Positions 45,924 through 57,854 of a stretch of 64,000 bases of DNA are shown one piece after another (the stretch's first letter is position 1; each line of letters starts with the position of its first letter). Position numbers and translations under genes: made by a program. The notes under the pieces were generated by a model. That model searched no databases. It was not told the origin of the DNA and saw only the letters and a list, made by a program, of their open reading frames with translations. This DNA comes from a virus (lineage: Duplodnaviria > Caudoviricetes): IMG/VR virus record IMGVR_UViG_3300037067_026422. One strand, written 5' to 3'.

Positions 45924-46697
45924 TTATAGATTACTTGCAGTTGCTATTTTTGTTACATTAGCATCAATAATTCCCTGAATTACCGTATCAGTTACAGCAT
46001 TCCCACTTGATTGTACTGTAGCATCCGTAGCTACAAATGCCATCATAGCTAAGGTATATTTATCCGGATCCAGTAAAGCATTAGCAGCCCATAATCTCCT
46101 CGCATCATTATTTGCCCCTGATACATAAGCATCATTAGCGGTAGTATAAGTATGAGCCAGGTTATTGACCATTGTTAAAGCATTAGTTGCTATACTTCCT
46201 ATAGTATTAGTTTCACTAGCGACACTATCTGCAATAATCACTGCTTGAGCCGGGACAAATAATGATCCATTTACCACATTAACCACCGGTTGCCCCGTAT
46301 TAGCATTACCAGTTAAAAGAGAAGAAGGAATTGCCTCAACAAAAATGCTTTGAGCTGCACTCATGATAGCAGAGCGCACTCTTTTTCTTAATTCTGGGGA
46401 TTCGAATATTTTGCTTATAGAGATAAAAGAATCATCCCCTGTAAAATCAGAATTAACCTCATTACTTAATTCGTTGGCTATGTAATATGCAGCTTCACCT
46501 GCCTCACCTTCATCATGCACTATGAAATTTACATACTTACTTGTTAATACTGGTTTTTTACTTTTCTCAGATAAACCCGTCTGATATACTAATATTTCAT
46601 AAGTTTTTATACTGTTCGGTATGCTGGTGTCTGTTGATGTAGTCTCACGAGCAGTACACCACTGTATAAAATGCAGTGATTTCTGCAATAAGCGCAC
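45924..46697 (-). CDS. Putative virion fibre-associated protein
   Basis: Ala/Thr/Asn-rich; lies in the fibre operon. Confidence 0.55.
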   Translation of the reverse strand: MRLLQKSLHFIQWCTARETTSTDTSIPNSIKTYEILVYQTGLSEKSKKPVLTSKYVNFIVHDEGEAGEAAYYIANELSNEVNSDFTGDDSFISISKIFESPELRKRVRSAIMSAAQSIFVEAIPSSLLTGNANTGQPVVNVVNGSLFVPAQAVIIADSVASETNTIGSIATNALTMVNNLAHTYTTANDAYVSGANNDARRLWAANALLDPDKYTLAMMAFVATDATVQSSGNAVTDTVIQGIIDANVTKIATASNL

Positions 46698-46727
46698 TTT
46701 TTAGCATAAGTATCCCCCATTGTTATT

Positions 46728-47960
46728 CTATGTGTTTAAAGTAGAGTTTGCTTTCCAGGCACCATTGATAAGTTGATACATATTGATGACCCTTTTCCAA
46801 GATCCGCTGATATTCACCCAGTATGCAGGCCATCTATACCATGTCTCAGAGTTACAGACCGGTATCCTGTTAGTCCCCGATGCCATGTGCAAAAATGAAT
46901 GAGCTCCCACCACTTGTACCGGGGATGAGTATGATGTTGCATTATTAGTCCCTAATCTACCTTGTGTATTAGATCCCCAGCTCCATACTGATCCATCAGA
47001 TTTTACTGCCATCGAAAAGTTATTACCTAAATTGAACTCTAAAAAAGAGTGACTTCCCACTACTTGTACCGGGGAAGATCTGTTGGTTGTTGTCCCGTCA
47101 CCAAGTTGACCATAAGTATTAGTTCCCCATAACCACAATGACCCATCTGATTTTAAACCTCCGGCTGAACCTGCAGTTTGATCCGTGGTAAGCCCCCCAG
47201 ACACATATACAAAAGAATGACCCCCTATTACGGCTACCGGAGAAGATCTACTGGTGATAGTATTATCTCCAAGATTACCCGTACCATTATATCCCCAGGT
47301 CCATGCTGATCCATTTATTTTAAGACCTATGCTCATACCATTGGTGAGACCCCCAGCTGCTACTTGTATAAAGGAATGACCCCCTACTACTGCTACTGGA
47401 GAAACCTTTGGATCTAATGTATTATTACCTACCTGACCGGTATTATTAATCCCCCAGGCCCAGGCAGTACCATCCCCTTTCAATGCTATAACATGACCTG
47501 AAGAAGCATGCATTTGGGTAAATGAATGACTTCCTATCACCTGTATAGGAGAAGAATATGAGTTATTATTTCCGGTACCTAACTGACCATAAGAATTACT
47601 TCCCCATGCCCATATCTGACCCGTATCCTTAAGCCCATAAGAATTCCATGTACTGGTAGCTATTGAAGTAAATACATGATTACCTACCACCTGTACAGGA
47701 GAAGATCGCGTAGTGAGTGTGCCATCCCCTATCTGACCCTGAGCATTGGTTCCCCACCCCCACATCTGTCCTGCAGCCTTAAGCCCTGCACTACCTCCAT
47801 TAGATCCCGACAACATCATAAAAGAGTGGCTTCCCACTACAGCTACCGGAGAGGATCTATCGGTGAGCGTGTTATCCCCCAACCCTCCTACCCCATTATA
47901 CCCCCACATCCAGGAGGCACCGTTAAGTTTTAATGAAAACCCTTTATTATTACAAGACAT
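46728..47960 (-). CDS. RCC1-repeat beta-propeller, putative fibre tip/adhesin
   Basis: Seven repeats of W.WG.N..GQLG.....RSSPV.V.G.HSF; C-terminal VNISGSWK..INGAWK. Confidence 0.9.
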   Translation of the reverse strand: MSCNNKGFSLKLNGASWMWGYNGVGGLGDNTLTDRSSPVAVVGSHSFMMLSGSNGGSAGLKAAGQMWGWGTNAQGQIGDGTLTTRSSPVQVVGNHVFTSIATSTWNSYGLKDTGQIWAWGSNSYGQLGTGNNNSYSSPIQVIGSHSFTQMHASSGHVIALKGDGTAWAWGINNTGQVGNNTLDPKVSPVAVVGGHSFIQVAAGGLTNGMSIGLKINGSAWTWGYNGTGNLGDNTITSRSSPVAVIGGHSFVYVSGGLTTDQTAGSAGGLKSDGSLWLWGTNTYGQLGDGTTTNRSSPVQVVGSHSFLEFNLGNNFSMAVKSDGSVWSWGSNTQGRLGTNNATSYSSPVQVVGAHSFLHMASGTNRIPVCNSETWYRWPAYWVNISGSWKRVINMYQLINGAWKANSTLNT

Positions 47961-47970
47961 AATAGCTACC

Positions 47971-48315
47971 TTATGCTATATACTGTATATAAATAGCATT
48001 ATTTGGATACCCAACAGGAGATGGTGGAGCTGCAGTACCGCTGGTGACATTAAGACCGACTATACCAGTTACACCTTGTGCTCCAGTGAATCCCGGAGCA
48101 CCGGTAAAACCCTGTGCTCCAGTGAATCCAATTATTCCAGTGGGACCGAGTAACCCCGTGGGACCAGGTAACCCTGTGAAACCCTGAGCACCCGTTTCAC
48201 CTACTATAGTGTGGGAATATAACAACCACCTGTCTTGGATTGCCTGATATTGATATATTGTACCTAAACTAGTAGTATATAACTGACCATCTGTAGGGCT
48301 TATAGGAAAAGCCAT
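47971..48315 (-). CDS. Short collagen-like fibre/adaptor
   Basis: FP..P..GQ.Y N-module, G-X-Y repeats, C-terminal GTAAPP..IYIQYIA. Confidence 0.8.
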   Translation of the reverse strand: MAFPISPTDGQLYTTSLGTIYQYQAIQDRWLLYSHTIVGETGAQGFTGLPGPTGLLGPTGIIGFTGAQGFTGAPGFTGAQGVTGIVGLNVTSGTAAPPSPVGYPNNAIYIQYIA

Positions 48316-48342
48316 AAAAGCTCCTTAAAACTTATCTGTTTT

Positions 48343-49578
48343 TTAAGAAAGTACTGACTTCCAAGTACCGCTTGAGTTAACCGAAGAAGACTGTACCATC
48401 TTCCAGGTTCCACTGCTATTTATATATGTATTATCTACAGGTTTCCATGTCCCGTTTACATTCACGTACATATTAGTATTTTTCTGTATTATTTCTATTC
48501 CCATGTTAGTAGCATTATCCGTAACTCCCGTAGATATTATAATTACTTGACCAGAGCTATTTGCAGTAGTGGTGAATTCTCTTATAACTGCGGTCATATT
48601 GGCATTTCCAGCAGCCACATAAATATCAAAGTTATCCAAAACCAAAGTACCGTTTACCGTAATATCAAATAATCTTGCTCCGGCTGCAGACCAGTATATC
48701 TCTGCAAAATGTATCCGAACAAGATAAACCGCATAAGCAGTAAGCCCTGTTATGGTATAAGTAGTGTTTCCATATCTCTCTGTCTGATAAACTCCCGGAG
48801 GAGCCGGGTTGACTAAAGCATCGGGTATAGTAATAGTCGTGCCAGTAGAAGAAACAGTACCCCCACTATAAAACTGATCTGCAGAGTATGGAGAATCAGC
48901 AGAACCCCCTGTATTTATCTGATATACTTTTACAGCAGTCCTTACAGAAAGAGCCACTCTTACCAATCTATTTATTGTTATAGAACTGGTGGAACTTAAA
49001 GATGTTTCCCCACTTGCTCCTCTTAATTCTGTTATAGAAAAAGTCTGCCCCCCAGTAGTGCCAGCATCATCCAGAATTTCTGTTTGACTCCCACTGTGTG
49101 TAAAGGACCCTGCATTAACCCCCAACACCACAGCTGATAAAACCCAAGAACCACTTGAGGGGCTTAGGGTATTAGTAATAGTCTCACCTGTAGTTTGATT
49201 TGCTTGATGTCTGCTCTCTATAAGACCATAAAAGATACCAGTATATTCCGCACAAAAAACAAATAATTTAGGATTCAAGGAAGTCCCGGATACTGACACA
49301 GCCACTGTTTTAGACCCATCCGTTGGAAGATCATTCTCATATAAACACCAAATTTCACCAATATTATAGGGGCCACTTCCAGATATACCCCCTATGCCCC
49401 TTATCATGGAGTTACCCCCATAAGTCACCGTGTTTAAACTTATGGTGTTATCATTTTCCACGGCTATATAAACTGCTACCATTCTATCAGACCCAGTTAC
49501 AAGAGTATGTGAAAATGAGGCAGACAGTGAGGTAACCGTCCCGGAGTTTGTGTCTGTACCTATTTTAGCGATAGCCAT
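48343..49578 (-). CDS. Malectin-domain protein, putative carbohydrate-binding fibre tip
   Basis: INTGG, YQTERYG, VRIHFAEIY, RLFDITVNG..LDNFDIY; C-terminal triple [VI]NxxGTWK. Confidence 0.85.
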   Translation of the reverse strand: MAIAKIGTDTNSGTVTSLSASFSHTLVTGSDRMVAVYIAVENDNTISLNTVTYGGNSMIRGIGGISGSGPYNIGEIWCLYENDLPTDGSKTVAVSVSGTSLNPKLFVFCAEYTGIFYGLIESRHQANQTTGETITNTLSPSSGSWVLSAVVLGVNAGSFTHSGSQTEILDDAGTTGGQTFSITELRGASGETSLSSTSSITINRLVRVALSVRTAVKVYQINTGGSADSPYSADQFYSGGTVSSTGTTITIPDALVNPAPPGVYQTERYGNTTYTITGLTAYAVYLVRIHFAEIYWSAAGARLFDITVNGTLVLDNFDIYVAAGNANMTAVIREFTTTANSSGQVIIISTGVTDNATNMGIEIIQKNTNMYVNVNGTWKPVDNTYINSSGTWKMVQSSSVNSSGTWKSVLS

Positions 49579-49582
49579 TTAA

Positions 49583-52500
49583 CTATGCCACATGCTGAAG
49601 ATATATAGTCCCATACGGGATGCCGGTAGTAGCAGGGGGAGATCCCGTACCATATCGTACAGCTGAAACCAAACCTGATAAGCCATGGTTTGCACTAGTT
49701 AAAGCAACTGTTTCAAAAATCGGATTACTACCTGCGATACCTATACCAGTTACCCCCTGAGCTCCCGTAGTACCCGATAGTCCAGTTGGTCCTCCCAACC
49801 CCGTAGAACCAATTCCAGAAGCACCCGTGACCCCTATCGGACCTTCCATTGAAGCAGAGGATATTTGTACCCAGGCTTGAGCATCTAAAGACCAAACAAA
49901 AAGTGCTTCTTCATCTGTATCCCAGTAGGTGTCCATATCATTAGGCGTTATTGGAGGATTAGAAGACTTATCTATCATGTAGTAACCAGTATATCCTTGT
50001 GATCCTGTAGCCCCGTTTAATCCGGTCTCTCCCTGAGATCCTGTTTCTCCTATACCTTGCATTCCAGTTATACCCTGAAAGCCTGTACTACCCTGGATTC
50101 CGGTTTCCCCCACTATTGATGCTCCAGTATCCCCCGCAACTCCTTGAGCACCAGTTTCACCTACTATAGTAGTACCAGTTTCTCCTTGAATTCCTGTAGC
50201 CCCTATGATAAAAATACCTGTAGTACCCTGAGCACCAGTTTCCCCTTCTATAGAAATACCTGTATGACCTTGGATACCGGTTTCTCCTACTATAGATACC
50301 CCGGTATCTCCCTGAGATCCTGTAGTACCTATGATAAATACACCAGTTTCCCCTACTATAGATATCCCGGTGTGCCCCTGAGATCCTGTATACCCTATGA
50401 CAAAAGCTCCTGTTACTCCTTGTATACCTGTTATCCCTTTAAATCCTGTAAAACCAATAGTACCAGTGTATCCTTGTATACCTGTTACACCCTGTATACC
50501 GGTGTCTCCTTGAGGTCCTACAGAGGTAGCCGCTACAGGAGCTGCTCTTGACCCAAATACCGTCCGTACAGACCTAATCAAGAAACTACCCGTAAGAGAC
50601 CCAGAACGTTGCACAGTTACCTGTGCCGTTATAACGAATTCAGAAACGCTATTACTTAGTGTACCGAATGTAATCTGCCTAGGATCCTCTATCTGAGCTG
50701 TAGCCAGAGTAGAATAGATATTTTGACCCTGCAACCATAGATATCGATATGTCTGTGATTCAGCATCCGAGGTCATAGGCATAGCTATCACCCATATATT
50801 TATATAATTATTTACTGCTACTTGAGTTTGTTGCCATGCTCCTCCGGTAAATTGATTATATGCCACCACACCAGTAACAAGAGGCACTATATTTGCAGCC
50901 CCTGTCACGATAGTGGCTGTAGCCCCAGCACCAGAAAGGTATAACTGTGAATAAGGACCATTATCTGCAAGAGAAGGCACGATAGTAGCAAGATCCTCAT
51001 CCATAACAGTACAGGTATCTACACCGGGCCTATTTTGATCATCTGTAGTGGGTGGTAATATATAGCCATTTAATGCTCCCCCACTATCCCGATATGTACC
51101 TATGGTTTTATGAAGCTCTTTATGAACTTCCCATTGCATGAGTCCATGTATTTCTCGTTGTGCATACTTATTAGTAGCTCCAAAACTAACAATAGCTATA
51201 TGGGCTGTGTAAAATGTCCAGATACTATTAGACCAGACAAAAGCAGAACCATTATAATACAGATACCAAGTTTCGTTAGTATCTGTATGGGGATCAGATG
51301 TCCACGATGTTATAGCATTCCATACCTTGATGCCTCTCCAGTACAATGTGATTGAGGCACCACTTAAAGAAATCGTACGTGCAGTAGAATCATAAGTCAC
51401 TGTTATATCTTCAGGACTAAGAAATCCGGTAGGTTCTCGAGTATCTGATAACATTGTGCTATCAAATACCCCCGTAAGTCCTTGTGATCCAGTCTCACCA
51501 TATACACCAGTAAAACCTTGAACCCCCGTAGCTCCTATGACAAACAAACCTGTTTCACCCAATAATGATAAACCAGTCAGCCCTTGAGGTCCTGTTTCAC
51601 CAACCACAGATGCACCGGTCTCTCCTTGAGGTCCTGTTTCACCAACCACAGATGCACCGGTTTCACCCTGGGACCCGGTTTCACCAACACCAATAAGACC
51701 CGTAACTCCTGGTATACCCTGTAAACCTGTTTGACCGTCACTTCCTTGGTCACCAGTTTCTCCCACTATGGACAAACCTGTATATCCCTGTGATCCTGTT
51801 TCCCCTATTATCGAATACCCAGTAGAACCCTGTGATCCTGTATTACCCTGAAGACCTGTTTCTCCAACTTTGGATTCCCCCGTAGCTCCCTGTATGCCTG
51901 TATATCCCTGTGATCCTGTTTCCCCAACAATAGATATTCCAGTAAATCCCTGAGGACCCGTCTCCCCTATTACAGATACTCCAGTAGCTCCTTGTGATCC
52001 TGTCTCTCCTGTTATGGATAACCCAGTGACCCCTTGTAATCCCGTAAAGCCGAAGAATCCTGTGACTCCCTGGGACCCAGTATAACCGACAACAGATAAT
52101 CCAGTCTCCCCTATTACAGATAATCCCGTGTCTCCCCTATAACCTGTTTCCCCCTGAAGACCTGTAAAACCTAATGCACCTTGAATACCGGTTGGTCCCT
52201 GTATAGATAAGCCTGTTTCTCCTACTCCAGGTGAACCTGTAATTCCCTGGGGCCCTGTATCACCTATACCTGTGTTACCTTGAATTCCTGTTTGACCTCG
52301 GAGGCCTGTTTCGCCTTGTAATCCAGTTTCGCCTTGTAATCCAGTAGTACCTAACCCGTGGGCACCGGTATATCCCTGAAGACCTGTTAATCCTTGTAAA
52401 CCAGTATCTCCTTTAGCTGAAGCTGAACCAGGTATCCCAGTTATACCCTGAATACCTGTTGAGCCTGGAAACCCTGTAACACCTACCCCTGATAACCCTG

Positions 52501-53629
52501 TGACTCCCTGGGATCCCGTAGCACCTATCCCTGATAACCCCGTGACTCCCTGGGATCCTGGCTCTCCTGCTGTAATGGGGGTCTGTATATACGACACATG
52601 GGTACTACCACTATAATAAAGGGTCAGAGTAATATCCAGATTTGATGTAGTCTTACCAAATATCTTTATTATCATTCGATCTGTGTCGATAAAAGGTATA
52701 GAAGTAGATATAGCTATATTACATAGAGTCAAAATTGGAGAAATGGACTCTATCGAAGCAGTCTCACCATTGTATATTTCAGTCTCTACACCTAAAGCAT
52801 CTCTCTTATACCCTCTAATAACTATAGAAGTATCTCCGCCTGTTGCATCAATACTAACCCAGGTATAAAAGCTACGCATACCAGCAGGTAGACCTCCAAC
52901 AGGAGTACCTATATCCGTAGCGAAAGACCTAATGAGATATTCTGTACCAGGTACAGATAGCACAGCTGAATCGGTTGTCTCAGCCATAAGTGGTAGGACT
53001 CTATCAAGAGCCTTATAACCCGTTATTGATGGTGGGGTAGTGTCAGAGTCTTTATAGTAATAAATAGCCCCAAGATATGATAACCCTGTAACTCCCTGAC
53101 TTCCTGTGTGCCCTTGTGATCCTGTATACCCCTGATATCCAGTAACTCCCTGACTTCCAGTTATACCATGGGCGCCAGTAAACCCCAGCTTATCTGTGAT
53201 ACATAATAGGTCTGTGCTATATGCACTTGTTACTATACCGGCAGGTAGATCAGAATAAACCTCTGTGGAAGGAATAACACCAAAGCTGTGATTGGTAGTG
53301 TTTTCACCAATCAAAGCATAAGAATCATCACTAGGAAGATCTATCTGTGGTCCACCTTCATCCCATAGAATAGTGGCAGATAAATGGATACCATCTGCGG
53401 ATGAAATAGCAGTAATTTTATATTTATGTGCTATACCCGGGACTTGAAGAGCAGATATTGAATCTGTAGCAGGTACAAATAAAATAAACCCAGTCTGAAT
53501 ATCCAGGGACCCATTACCGGTTGCATCCGCTTGATTTTCAAAAACAGCACTATTGAAAGTATATTCACCTGGATTAACAGTAGCATTATAAGTGTGAACA
53601 TATAAAGTACCATGTATCATTCTGCTCAT
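49583..53629 (-). CDS. Large collagen-like fibre protein
   Basis: Several G-x-T/G-x-Q collagen blocks separated by globular domains; C-terminal GTGSPP..IYLQHVA. Confidence 0.9.
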   Translation of the reverse strand: MSRMIHGTLYVHTYNATVNPGEYTFNSAVFENQADATGNGSLDIQTGFILFVPATDSISALQVPGIAHKYKITAISSADGIHLSATILWDEGGPQIDLPSDDSYALIGENTTNHSFGVIPSTEVYSDLPAGIVTSAYSTDLLCITDKLGFTGAHGITGSQGVTGYQGYTGSQGHTGSQGVTGLSYLGAIYYYKDSDTTPPSITGYKALDRVLPLMAETTDSAVLSVPGTEYLIRSFATDIGTPVGGLPAGMRSFYTWVSIDATGGDTSIVIRGYKRDALGVETEIYNGETASIESISPILTLCNIAISTSIPFIDTDRMIIKIFGKTTSNLDITLTLYYSGSTHVSYIQTPITAGEPGSQGVTGLSGIGATGSQGVTGLSGVGVTGFPGSTGIQGITGIPGSASAKGDTGLQGLTGLQGYTGAHGLGTTGLQGETGLQGETGLRGQTGIQGNTGIGDTGPQGITGSPGVGETGLSIQGPTGIQGALGFTGLQGETGYRGDTGLSVIGETGLSVVGYTGSQGVTGFFGFTGLQGVTGLSITGETGSQGATGVSVIGETGPQGFTGISIVGETGSQGYTGIQGATGESKVGETGLQGNTGSQGSTGYSIIGETGSQGYTGLSIVGETGDQGSDGQTGLQGIPGVTGLIGVGETGSQGETGASVVGETGPQGETGASVVGETGPQGLTGLSLLGETGLFVIGATGVQGFTGVYGETGSQGLTGVFDSTMLSDTREPTGFLSPEDITVTYDSTARTISLSGASITLYWRGIKVWNAITSWTSDPHTDTNETWYLYYNGSAFVWSNSIWTFYTAHIAIVSFGATNKYAQREIHGLMQWEVHKELHKTIGTYRDSGGALNGYILPPTTDDQNRPGVDTCTVMDEDLATIVPSLADNGPYSQLYLSGAGATATIVTGAANIVPLVTGVVAYNQFTGGAWQQTQVAVNNYINIWVIAMPMTSDAESQTYRYLWLQGQNIYSTLATAQIEDPRQITFGTLSNSVSEFVITAQVTVQRSGSLTGSFLIRSVRTVFGSRAAPVAATSVGPQGDTGIQGVTGIQGYTGTIGFTGFKGITGIQGVTGAFVIGYTGSQGHTGISIVGETGVFIIGTTGSQGDTGVSIVGETGIQGHTGISIEGETGAQGTTGIFIIGATGIQGETGTTIVGETGAQGVAGDTGASIVGETGIQGSTGFQGITGMQGIGETGSQGETGLNGATGSQGYTGYYMIDKSSNPPITPNDMDTYWDTDEEALFVWSLDAQAWVQISSASMEGPIGVTGASGIGSTGLGGPTGLSGTTGAQGVTGIGIAGSNPIFETVALTSANHGLSGLVSAVRYGTGSPPATTGIPYGTIYLQHVA
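51582..51661. repeat. 42-bp tandem duplication in the collagen region
   Basis: CCTTGAGGTCCTGTTTCACCAACCACAGATGCACCGGT occurs twice with period 42. Confidence 0.8.
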
Positions 53630-53650
53630 CAGCTAATCTCCATAAAAACC

Positions 53651-55960
53651 TTAAAAATGAAGGCATATTATTCTTGACAATGCCCCCAAAGCACCAAACT
53701 GGAATGTGGCATAACCGGAACCGCCATTGTTCACTACCATAGTAGCCGCTATCGCCGACAAAGAATCGGAATCTGCCCTTATATTGAAATCAGGCACATA
53801 ACAATTACTTAATGCCGTATTATCCCCAGCTCCATTTACCGCACTTGCCGGTACCACTAAATCATACGTAGTACTTGATCTGGATCCAGTTCTTATTCGC
53901 ATGGATATCAGTTGACAGTCTGCTATAGTCCCAGTAGGAGCTGATAAAGTACCTCCTGTCTTAGGACTACCATCATGAGAGAAAGTAAATCCCAGACTAT
54001 ATGCCCCAACAATTCCGGAAGTACCCCCAGTGTTCGTAGTGGTCACTGTAAAGGAATTCGTAGCAATAGAATCTATAAGAGCTACCTGATAATCCATATT
54101 GGTATTTCGTATAATGACACGATTACCAGCAGTATGCCCGTGTGCTGTCTTATTTATCGTAAGTGTAGTCCCTGATCTTGTCCAAGCACAGTAGGAAAAT
54201 ATAGTGGAACTCGATACTACCCAAACCTCTTCATCAATAGTCTGAGCTACTTCATATCTGCTGATAGTATTATAGACAGAAAACTCACCAACAGTACCTT
54301 CAGCTCCTGTAAAACCTATAAGACCCGTGAAGCCTTGAAAACCAGTCTCTCCCTGAAGCCCTATACCAGTCTCTCCTGATATCCCAGTATATCCTTGGAT
54401 ACCTGTTTCACCCATTACCCCCGTAAATCCGATAGTACCCGTATACCCAGGATTGCCCTCTATTCCTGTTTCACCTTGCATTCCTGTCGTTCCCTGAATA
54501 CCAGGTAAACCTGTTTCACCCATGTATCCCGTAATACCTTGAGTCCCTGTCGATCCTGGAGGACCACCAAAGGCCCCAGTCAAACCAACTAAACCTGTAA
54601 AACCCTGAAGTCCTGTATTACCGAGACCCTGTATACCAGTTATACCTTGAAAACCCGTACTTCCAGGTAACCCTGTCGCTCCTTGGGGACCACCGAAAGC
54701 TCCCGTAGGGCCCTGTATTCCTCCAGTCCCTGTATATCCTTGTGCTCCTGTTTCTCCAGCGGGACCCATCCCAATAGAAACTCCATGAGAGATATATGAA
54801 GAACAAACCCCCATAGTAGTGACATCTGGCGATCCTGTAAGTTTCTCTATGATAAGATGGATATAATCGTACCCAAATACATTGGTACCATTTATAGTAA
54901 AGTTAAACTCAGAAAAATCATACTGAGTAGGTGTCGGATAAGTTTTGGTAACCGTACTTGTATAGTAAGGAGCCAGGGTACTTACATTGGAAGTCTTATA
55001 GAATCCTTTGTATGATAATCTAACCGACAGCTGAGCCCCGGTTGATAGCGGAGTATTTAGTATAGCACCAAGTATAAGGCTTATATCTCCCAATCCGTTC
55101 CATTCACTCGGTATGGCTATAGTAGTCTCTATCTTTTCCGTATCTAAGCTATTGAATCTCAAGACAGGAATTTCCCCAAAAACATCATAATCGACATTAA
55201 GGACTCTCCACACCTCCATGGGGAGTATCTTCACAAAGCTACTGAAAGATACTAACCCAGGTCCGGTAGCTCCTGGGACACCACCTAATCCTGTCAGCCC
55301 CCTCAAACCAGTCACCCCCGGAGGACCCCCAAGAGCTCCTGTAGCTCCCTGTACACCCATACCAGTGAATCCTCTCAAACCTGTTACTCCATATGCCCCC
55401 TCTAATACTACAGAGGACAATGAGCCACTAAGTAACTGAGTTTGCTTACCAGCAGTATCTATTTTCCAATAAGCTTGGATATCATGTGATCCTACAGGAA
55501 AATCAGAAGTCATCTGATACATGACCTCATCGCGTTCTCTGGTATCAGAAATATATTCTGAGAAAAAAGGCCCAGTTTCACCATCTGATTGCATCAGAAA
55601 GGAGGTAATATGTGACCCTGCAGATACATTTTTATATTTGAGTGACAGTAAGGATAATATTTTTCCGGATCGGGCAAGATTCACGGTAGTCTTAAGACCT
55701 GTGATAGGGACATAACTCAGAGCTTCCATCCCTGTAGGAGACATGCCTGTGATCCCGATAGTTCGTTCTACTACCATCTGATTCATTATTATCTGAGGTC
55801 CGGTATGACCCTGGATACCTGTAAGTCCCTGTGACCCAGTAAATCCTAACCCAGTTGTTCCTCGCATACCAGTGAATCCTACCATACCTGTTACACCTTG
55901 TATGCCCTGCAGACCTACAATACGCCACTGATTACCATCAAAAATCTTAAGTACACTCAT
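53651..55960 (-). CDS. Collagen-like fibre protein
   Basis: G-x-T repeats with interspersed globular domains; N-terminus LKIFDGNQW. Confidence 0.9.
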   Translation of the reverse strand: MSVLKIFDGNQWRIVGLQGIQGVTGMVGFTGMRGTTGLGFTGSQGLTGIQGHTGPQIIMNQMVVERTIGITGMSPTGMEALSYVPITGLKTTVNLARSGKILSLLSLKYKNVSAGSHITSFLMQSDGETGPFFSEYISDTRERDEVMYQMTSDFPVGSHDIQAYWKIDTAGKQTQLLSGSLSSVVLEGAYGVTGLRGFTGMGVQGATGALGGPPGVTGLRGLTGLGGVPGATGPGLVSFSSFVKILPMEVWRVLNVDYDVFGEIPVLRFNSLDTEKIETTIAIPSEWNGLGDISLILGAILNTPLSTGAQLSVRLSYKGFYKTSNVSTLAPYYTSTVTKTYPTPTQYDFSEFNFTINGTNVFGYDYIHLIIEKLTGSPDVTTMGVCSSYISHGVSIGMGPAGETGAQGYTGTGGIQGPTGAFGGPQGATGLPGSTGFQGITGIQGLGNTGLQGFTGLVGLTGAFGGPPGSTGTQGITGYMGETGLPGIQGTTGMQGETGIEGNPGYTGTIGFTGVMGETGIQGYTGISGETGIGLQGETGFQGFTGLIGFTGAEGTVGEFSVYNTISRYEVAQTIDEEVWVVSSSTIFSYCAWTRSGTTLTINKTAHGHTAGNRVIIRNTNMDYQVALIDSIATNSFTVTTTNTGGTSGIVGAYSLGFTFSHDGSPKTGGTLSAPTGTIADCQLISMRIRTGSRSSTTYDLVVPASAVNGAGDNTALSNCYVPDFNIRADSDSLSAIAATMVVNNGGSGYATFQFGALGALSRIICLHF

Positions 55961-56028
55961 CTATAGCACCTTTTAGTACGGTTTATTTTCATCTTATGCC
56001 AGAATAATTTTCTTATACCAATAGTATT

Positions 56029-57528
56029 TTATGCAAAACCCTTCATGAAGGAAATCAGCCAATTGGTACCATTATCGTAAGTTATACCCTGAATAATGTC
56101 TATGTTATTTACACCACTTGATACCGTATAAGCTACCCCACCCGGGTATTTCCAGCTTGCTGGTGGAGTAAAGGTTCTACCCCCTACACCATCTTGAGCT
56201 ACTCTTAATGAGAAATAGTTAACTTTACCATTTACTATATTTGTTGTAGTGACTGTGTTTACACTGTCAGTGAGTATTACCTCAAAAAATTCATAGGAGG
56301 ATAAGTTAAGAGTTATCTCATTTAAAACTATGGATAAGGTTCCAAATCCGGAATTACTTACCCCTGCTAATCCAGTCACACCCTGTGATCCAGTTTCTCC
56401 GATAAATCCCTGTAACCCAAGTCCTGTATTACCTTGAAGACCAGTATCCCCAGAAACACCTGTGACCCCCTGAGAGCCCGTTTCTCCCTGTATGCCTGTT
56501 GATCCTATGATAAATAATCCTGTAGCTCCCTGAAACCCGGTTTCTCCGACTACAGATGCCCCTGTATGACCCTGAAATCCAGTTTCTCCTCGAAGACCTG
56601 TAGCACCCAATAAGCCCGTTATTCCAGGACTTCCTGTATGCCCCTGAACACCCGTGTGGCCCTGTGACCCAGTATTACCAATTAATCCTGTAAATCCTTG
56701 TGATCCAGTATAGCCTCTTAAACCGGTTTCTCCTCGAAGACCTGTATAACCTGGGATAGATACTCCCGTAGATCCTTGTGATCCAGTATAGCCTCTTAAA
56801 CCAGTTTCTCCTCGAAGACCAGTATAACCTGGGATAGACAACCCAGTATAACCTTGTGGTCCTGTAACTCCTAATCCCGTGTCTCCTGTTGGACCCGTAA
56901 CACCCATATCTTCTATAGCATCTGTATCATACCATAGCATCCCTGTAAAAGGAATAGGAAGTGTAGGAGTATTAGGCTGAACTTTAGTCACCAAACGAAT
57001 ATCATGATCAGTTACCATACCCGTTACATCAGGCATATTGATTAACTGACCATGTGTGATGACTCCCCCATATCCAGTAGACCCCTGAATACCTGTATAT
57101 CCTTGTATACCTGTTTCACCTACAGCTCCAGTAAGTCCAGCATCTTTGCTTATACCTGTTATAGCATCATTTATGTAACTGACAAGAGCCTCTATAGACC
57201 CCTGTACATTTGTGGAGCCTGCCCCCGTGATTGGAGAAAAACCTACATTTATGGCTTGAAGATTATATACATAGGTAGCAAGATGGTAAACAGAACCGGT
57301 AAGCCCTAATATGGAGTTTCCTACCCCAGTACAACTAACTTCCAGATTAGATATAGCTCCCGTCATACCCGCTATCGTACCCTGAATAGCGTTGATAGCT
57401 CCCGTCATGCCCGCTATATTAACCTGCATACCGGTGACACCGGCTTTCAGATTGATGATATCGCCCTGCATTCCCGTGAGCTGGTTCGTAAGGTCAGCGT
57501 CGAGCCATCTTCTTGTTATCTTGGACAT
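56029..57528 (-). CDS. Coiled-coil plus collagen-like fibre protein
   Basis: N-terminal heptad-like TG repeats, collagen block, C-terminal QDGVGGRT..W..PGG phage fibre domain. Confidence 0.9.
   Translation of the reverse strand: MSKITRRWLDADLTNQLTGMQGDIINLKAGVTGMQVNIAGMTGAINAIQGTIAGMTGAISNLEVSCTGVGNSILGLTGSVYHLATYVYNLQAINVGFSPITGAGSTNVQGSIEALVSYINDAITGISKDAGLTGAVGETGIQGYTGIQGSTGYGGVITHGQLINMPDVTGMVTDHDIRLVTKVQPNTPTLPIPFTGMLWYDTDAIEDMGVTGPTGDTGLGVTGPQGYTGLSIPGYTGLRGETGLRGYTGSQGSTGVSIPGYTGLRGETGLRGYTGSQGFTGLIGNTGSQGHTGVQGHTGSPGITGLLGATGLRGETGFQGHTGASVVGETGFQGATGLFIIGSTGIQGETGSQGVTGVSGDTGLQGNTGLGLQGFIGETGSQGVTGLAGVSNSGFGTLSIVLNEITLNLSSYEFFEVILTDSVNTVTTTNIVNGKVNYFSLRVAQDGVGGRTFTPPASWKYPGGVAYTVSSGVNNIDIIQGITYDNGTNWLISFMKGFA
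56694..56838. repeat. 78-bp tandem duplication in the collagen region
   Basis: SIPGYTGLRGETGLRGYTGSQG encoded twice with near-identical DNA. Confidence 0.8.
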
Positions 57529-57545
57529 TCTGGTGTTCCTATTTT

Positions 57546-57779
57546 TTAGTCTTTATCGACAGTGTATTCAAACGCACAAAATTTAATATCACTTATAGTG
57601 CCTTGTGTAAAATCTGCATTTAAAGCTGTTTTCATCCTGGAATCTGACAAAGCTACAATAATACGGTTCAAATTTTCAGCTTTAGAACCAACTGAAAACG
57701 TCCCTATACCCGATAGATCACTTACGGGAGTTAGAAATAAATCTTTTGTGTAATTGTTGGATTTATAAGCTGTTTTCAA
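57546..57779 (-). CDS. Small hypothetical protein
   Basis: GGAG SD with TTG start; lies in the - strand operon. Confidence 0.5.
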   Translation of the reverse strand: MKTAYKSNNYTKDLFLTPVSDLSGIGTFSVGSKAENLNRIIVALSDSRMKTALNADFTQGTISDIKFCAFEYTVDKD

Positions 57780-57854
57780 TAGTATACTCCATCCAGATGC
57801 AGCTTTTTGATACTGTATCTGAATAATGTATAGTATTAAGAGAATATTATTGAA

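Noticed and set aside
50144-57753. Short + strand and alternate-frame ORFs within the collagen genes
   Set aside because: These are by-products of G-X-Y codon periodicity, with no SD or independent motifs.
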